DNA from: Escherichia coli
GTDB lineage: Bacteria > Pseudomonadota > Gammaproteobacteria > Enterobacterales > Enterobacteriaceae
DNA length: 64,000 nt
NCBI RefSeq assembly: GCF_003334785.1
Contig: NZ_QOWV01000016.1
Reading direction: 5' to 3' (one strand)
Of the stretch, positions 57,948 through 64,000 are shown piece after piece (the first letter of the stretch is position 1; each line of letters opens with the position of its first letter). The position numbers were made by a program, and so were the translations under genes. The notes beneath the pieces were generated by a model. The model saw only the letters and a list, made by a program, of their open reading frames with translations, was not told the DNA's origin and made no database searches.

Positions 57948-58847
57948 TCAGTCCAGGTACTCTTTCATTACGCCAGCCAGCCACTGCATAAACAGGTTTA
58001 CACGCCGGGAAAGCTCCCGACGCTGCGGATAAACCAGCGAAAGGGAGAGCGGCTCGGCACGGTAGCCAGGTAATACTTCAATAAGCCGCCCGGCACGCAG
58101 GGCTTCGCGCACGGCAATGCGCGGGATCTGAATAATCCCCAGACCGGCAAGACCGGCGGTGAGATAGTTTTCGCTACTGTTTACCGTCAACATGCCGCCA
58201 GACTTAAACCACTGGACGCCATTAACGCTGGCAACCTCAAAACCTAACGGATGTACACCTAGGTGCGGTGTATAACGCACTATTGCGTGTGAAGTCAGAT
58301 CATCGGGGCTTTGCGGATAACCAAAGCGCGTCAGATAGTGCGGACTGGCACAGTTGACCATGGTCAGTTTGCCGAGGGGACGGGCGATAACGCCATCTTC
58401 CGGTAACGCGCCAGTGCGTATCACGCAATCAAAACCATCATGAAGAATATCTACCGGACGGTCATGGCTACTCAGTTCCAGCTCAATTCCCGGATGCAGA
58501 TAGAGAAATTCCGACAGGCGCGGCAGTAACAGGCTTTTCGCGATTCCTGGCGGGATGTCGATGCGTAATTTACCGCTGATACTGGTGGCATCCTGTTGAA
58601 ACAGACCGTCCAGTTCGCTGAGATTACTCAACACATCTTTTGCTCGTTGATAATAGGTCATGCCTTCTGGCGTGAGTTTGACCCGTCGCGTGGTGCGCTG
58701 GAGAAGCTGGGTGCCAAGTTGATGTTCCAGTGCCTGTATCTGGCGCGAAACACTTCCCTTTGGCAAAGCAAAGAAATCCGCTGCGCGGGAAAAACTTTCC
58801 AGCTCCGCGACTTTGATGAACAACTGCATTGCGTGAATTTTATCCAT
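57948..58847 (-). CDS. yhjC: LysR-family transcriptional regulator YhjC (299 aa)
   Basis: ORF 57948..58919; start taken at MDKIHAMQLFIKVAELESFSRAADFFALPKGSVSRQIQALEHQLGTQLLQRTTRR (LysR HTH). Confidence 0.9.
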   Translation of the reverse strand: MDKIHAMQLFIKVAELESFSRAADFFALPKGSVSRQIQALEHQLGTQLLQRTTRRVKLTPEGMTYYQRAKDVLSNLSELDGLFQQDATSISGKLRIDIPPGIAKSLLLPRLSEFLYLHPGIELELSSHDRPVDILHDGFDCVIRTGALPEDGVIARPLGKLTMVNCASPHYLTRFGYPQSPDDLTSHAIVRYTPHLGVHPLGFEVASVNGVQWFKSGGMLTVNSSENYLTAGLAGLGIIQIPRIAVREALRAGRLIEVLPGYRAEPLSLSLVYPQRRELSRRVNLFMQWLAGVMKEYLD

Positions 58848-59366
58848 TTCTTTGACCGATTGTTGTTCACAGCGAAACAGTAACGCGCATATCGCATTGT
58901 TTATTGTTTTTTCTAACATCTAATGCCGGGTTTCACAATGTTGTCATGCCGAATGTGGCGATTTCTCAGCAGGAAAAGGGCGGAATAGCTTTCTGAGAAA
59001 GGTGAATCCCCTTAAACAGAGCGTATTTTTCAGCGATTCCCTTTAAAGTGAACAGAGGACGTGTTGGCTATTTGTGCTTATTTTTGTCTCCTTGCCGTTT
59101 GTTATTTTGGCTTGTGGTCGCGGAATTTCATTTTTAATTGCATGCGTACTAACCACCAATATAAGGAAATCCTCAAAATTGTTTTAAATAGTGCCCTCGA
59201 CATGTAATTTCAGGCGTTTAGCTGTAACTATTTATATCGGTAACTATTTTCTACACGTCATCTCTGTAGAATGGCCACCGCCAAATGGCGAATTCTTATT
59301 TTTTCTCGCGGGTAATACCCTTCCACTACTTAAGTCTTTTTAACGTATTCAGGTGGAGATTCAGTT

Positions 59367-59969
59367 ATGCAAATAGTCATGTTTGACAGGCAGTCAATAT
59401 TTATTCATGGAATGAAAATCAGTTTACAGCAGCGTATTCCAGGAGTGAGTATTCAGGGGGCCAGTCAGGCAGACGAGTTATGGCAAAAGCTGGAAAGTTA
59501 CCCTGAAGCCTTAGTTATGCTCGATGGCGATCAGGATGGTGAGTTTTGCTACTGGTTGCTGCAAAAAACCGTGGTGCAATTTCCTGAGGTTAAGGTGTTA
59601 ATTACGGCGACGGATTGCAATAAACGGTGGTTACAGGAAGTTATCCATTTTAATGTGCTGGCCATTGTGCCTCGTGATTCAACCGTCGAGACATTTGCGT
59701 TGGCGGTAAATAGTGCGGCGATGGGGATGATGTTTCTGCCTGGAGACTGGCGGACGACGCCGGAAAAGGACATTAAAGATCTCAAATCGTTAAGCGCCCG
59801 CCAGCGGGAGATTTTAACCATGTTAGCGGCGGGCGAATCAAATAAGGAGATCGGCAGAGCGCTGAATATCAGTACCGGAACGGTAAAAGCGCATCTGGAA
59901 TCCCTGTATCGCCGTCTGGAAGTGAAAAATCGCACCCAGGCGGCAATGATGTTAAATATCTCCTCCTGA
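59367..59969 (+). CDS. yhjB: LuxR/FixJ-type regulator YhjB (receiver-like N-terminus plus C-terminal LuxR HTH), 200 aa
   Basis: C-terminal LSARQREILTMLAAGESNKEIGRALNISTGTVKAHLESLYRRLEV is a LuxR-type HTH; the N-terminal region resembles a response-regulator receiver. Confidence 0.9.
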   Translation: MQIVMFDRQSIFIHGMKISLQQRIPGVSIQGASQADELWQKLESYPEALVMLDGDQDGEFCYWLLQKTVVQFPEVKVLITATDCNKRWLQEVIHFNVLAIVPRDSTVETFALAVNSAAMGMMFLPGDWRTTPEKDIKDLKSLSARQREILTMLAAGESNKEIGRALNISTGTVKAHLESLYRRLEVKNRTQAAMMLNISS

Positions 59970-60019
59970 AGAGGATAATTTTACAGCCAGCAGGAAGTTA
60001 GCGGCTGGCTGTAAAAATA

Positions 60020-61699
<1,680 letters not shown>

Positions 61700-61951
61700 T
61701 TATCGGCTTTTCTTTAAGGGTAGTCATTCGCTCCGCCTGGTGGGCGACAAAGCGTGCGGTGGATCACGTTTATTAACCTGTCAAAAAATATAACGCACTA
61801 ATATCAATGGAATTTATAAAAATACCGATTTGGTGTTGTTTTTCATTTTCAGAACATTCAATCCTGCTCTCGCCGCAATCATGATATGCCATTCCTGATC
61901 TGGGTAATAGGCACAGGCTATCTTATTGATAGTTTATATTCATGTAATTGA

Positions 61952-61965
61952 TTGATTCCTATCAA
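61952..61965. promoter_or_regulatory. Consensus FNR box (TTGAT-N4-ATCAA) upstream of yhjA
   Basis: ttgattcctatcaa is a perfect match to the FNR half-site consensus, about 110 bp upstream of the yhjA ATG in the treF-yhjA divergent region. Confidence 0.55.
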
Positions 61966-62072
61966 AAAGCGTATCTCCCTGTTTTTTATGATGGCTTTGT
62001 CTCGCAGAGACGTTTGCAGCATTCTGGAAAATTTTCTGGGTCACAATAACTCACCACCGTGAGGGAAGAATA

Positions 62073-63470
62073 ATGAAAATGGTCTCACGTATTACCGCGA
62101 TCGGCCTGGCTGGCGTCGCGATTTGCTATTTAGGGTTATCTGGTTATGTGTGGTACCACGATAATAAACGCAGTAAACAGGCCGATGTTCAGGCATCTGC
62201 TGTCAGTGAAAATAATAAGGTTTTAGGCTTTCTCCGCGAAAAAGGATGCGACTATTGCCACACGCCTTCGGCAGAATTACCCGCCTATTATTATATTCCT
62301 GGCGCGAAACAGTTGATGGATTACGACATTAAGCTTGGATATAAATCTTTTAACCTTGAGGCCGTGCGTGCGGCACTGCTGGCTGATAAACCCGTTTCGC
62401 AAAGCGATTTGAATAAGATTGAATGGGTGATGCAGTATGAAACTATGCCACCAACGCGTTATACCGCGCTACACTGGGCGGGTAAGGTGAGTGATGAAGA
62501 GCGGGCGGAAATACTGGCCTGGATTGCAAAACAGCGCGCGGAATATTACGCCAGCAATGATACTGCTCCGGAACATCGCAATGAACCGGTGCAGCCCATC
62601 CCGCAAAAACTGCCTACCGATGCGCAAAAAGTGGCGTTGGGTTTTGCGCTGTATCACGATCCCCGTTTATCGGCTGATAGCACCATTTCATGCGCTCATT
62701 GCCATGCGTTGAATGCGGGGGGCGTCGATGGCAGAAAAACATCGATTGGTGTTGGTGGCGCAGTTGGGCCGATTAACGCGCCGACGGTATTTAACTCAGT
62801 ATTTAACGTTGAGCAGTTCTGGGATGGTCGTGCGGCAACATTGCAGGATCAGGCTGGTGGACCGCCGTTGAACCCGATTGAAATGGCGTCGAAATCCTGG
62901 GACGAAATTATTGCTAAGCTGGAAAAAGATCCGCAGCTTAAAACGCAGTTCCTCGAAGTCTATCCGCAAGGTTTCAGTGGCGAAAATATTACTGATGCCA
63001 TTGCTGAATTTGAGAAAACATTAATTACGCCGGATTCCCCATTTGATAAATGGTTGCGCGGAGATGAAAATGCGCTGACGGCGCAACAGAAAAAAGGCTA
63101 TCAATTATTTAAAGATAATAAATGTGCAACTTGTCATGGTGGTATTATTCTCGGCGGACGTTCCTTTGAACCGTTGGGGCTGAAAAAAGACTTTAACTTT
63201 GGGGAAATTACGGCGGCGGATATTGGTCGTATGAATGTGACTAAAGAAGAGCGTGATAAATTGCGTCAGAAAGTACCCGGTTTACGTAACGTTGCTTTAA
63301 CGGCACCGTACTTCCATCGCGGTGACGTGCCGACGCTGGACGGGGCGGTGAAACTGATGCTGCGCTATCAGGTAGGCAAAGAGCTGCCGCAGGAGGATGT
63401 GGATGATATCGTAGCTTTCCTGCACAGTCTGAACGGGGTGTACACGCCGTATATGCAGGATAAACAATAA
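62073..63470 (+). CDS. yhjA: Tri-haem cytochrome c peroxidase YhjA (465 aa)
   Basis: N-terminal TM anchor and three CxxCH haem-binding motifs (CDYCH, CAHCH, CATCH). Confidence 0.9.
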   Translation: MKMVSRITAIGLAGVAICYLGLSGYVWYHDNKRSKQADVQASAVSENNKVLGFLREKGCDYCHTPSAELPAYYYIPGAKQLMDYDIKLGYKSFNLEAVRAALLADKPVSQSDLNKIEWVMQYETMPPTRYTALHWAGKVSDEERAEILAWIAKQRAEYYASNDTAPEHRNEPVQPIPQKLPTDAQKVALGFALYHDPRLSADSTISCAHCHALNAGGVDGRKTSIGVGGAVGPINAPTVFNSVFNVEQFWDGRAATLQDQAGGPPLNPIEMASKSWDEIIAKLEKDPQLKTQFLEVYPQGFSGENITDAIAEFEKTLITPDSPFDKWLRGDENALTAQQKKGYQLFKDNKCATCHGGIILGGRSFEPLGLKKDFNFGEITAADIGRMNVTKEERDKLRQKVPGLRNVALTAPYFHRGDVPTLDGAVKLMLRYQVGKELPQEDVDDIVAFLHSLNGVYTPYMQDKQ

Positions 63471-63478
63471 TTAATTTG

Positions 63479-63513
63479 ATCGCCCGAACAGCAATGTTTG
63501 GGCGATTTTTATT
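63479..63513 (+). terminator. Rho-independent terminator of yhjA
   Basis: atcgcccgaacagcaatgtttgggcgat followed by ttttatt, directly after the yhjA stop. Confidence 0.75.
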
Positions 63514-63581
63514 ACGATAATAAAGTCTGTTTTTAATATTATCATGTTAAATGTTTATATTATAAAAAGTCGTTTTTCTGC

Positions 63582-63601
63582 TTAGGATTTTGTTATTTAA
63601 A
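63582..63601 (+). promoter_or_regulatory. GAD box (GadE/GadX-dependent activation element) in the gadA promoter
   Basis: TTAGGATTTTGTTATTTAAA, an exact match to the 20-bp gad-box consensus as I recall it, about 80 bp upstream of the gadA ATG. Confidence 0.6.
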
Positions 63602-63680
63602 TTAAGCCTGTAATGCCTTGCTTCCATTGCGGATAAATCCTACTTTTTTATTGCCTTCAAATAAATTTAAGGAGTTCGAA

Positions 63681-64000
63681 ATGGACCAGAAGCTGTTAAC
63701 GGATTTCCGCTCAGAACTACTCGATTCACGTTTTGGCGCAAAGGCCATTTCTACTATCGCGGAGTCAAAACGATTTCCGCTGCACGAAATGCGCGATGAT
63801 GTCGCATTTCAGATTATCAATGATGAATTATATCTTGATGGCAACGCTCGTCAGAACCTGGCCACTTTCTGCCAGACCTGGGACGACGAAAACGTCCATA
63901 AATTGATGGATTTGTCGATCAATAAAAACTGGATCGACAAAGAAGAATATCCGCAATCCGCAGCCATCGACCTGCGTTGCGTAAATATGGTTGCCGATCT
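63681..64000 (+). CDS. gadA: Glutamate decarboxylase alpha, N-terminal 106 codons (gene runs off the window end)
   Basis: [107 protein letters not shown]; gadA rather than gadB inferred from adjacency to yhjA. Confidence 0.85.

Noticed and set aside
63681-64000. Calling the terminal decarboxylase gene gadB instead of gadA
   Set aside because: The GadA and GadB N-termini are nearly identical, but the gene sits next to yhjA and treF, which is the gadA neighbourhood; gadB is followed by gadC elsewhere in the genome.

Overview
This 64-kb window reads as a contiguous piece of Escherichia coli chromosome, the K-12 '80 min' region from xylF to gadA, in reverse-complement orientation to the reference. 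I found no evidence of a novel or undescribed system: every ORF of meaningful size has a recognisable identity, and I see no integrase, orphan operon or cargo block. All identifications are from reading the translations and motifs against memory; no database search or alignment was run. Gene order is xylF' / xylA-xylB / yiaB-yiaA / wecH / ysaB / glyQ-glyS / IS150 (insJK) inserted in the hokA locus / cspA / yiaG / yiaF / ghrB / yiaD / bisC / yiaC-tag / yhjY / yhjX / eptB / tRNA-Pro (proK) / dppABCDF / yhjV / rdlD-ldrD / bcsGFE <-> bcsRQABZC / pdeK / dctA / yhjJ / kdgK / pdeH / yhjG / yhjE / yhjD / yhjC / yhjB / treF / yhjA / gadA'. The observations most worth a second look are: (1) bcsQ is intact here (codon 6 is TTG), whereas K-12 lab strains carry a TAG at that codon as far as I recall, so the cellulose operon is predicted functional; (2) an exact 108-bp direct repeat downstream of proK that duplicates the last 19 nt of the tRNA plus its terminator; (3) the hokA type I toxin locus split by IS150; (4) the ldrD/rdlD type I toxin-antitoxin pair beside the bcs locus. 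Coordinates of short motifs were counted by eye and may be off by 1-2 nt.
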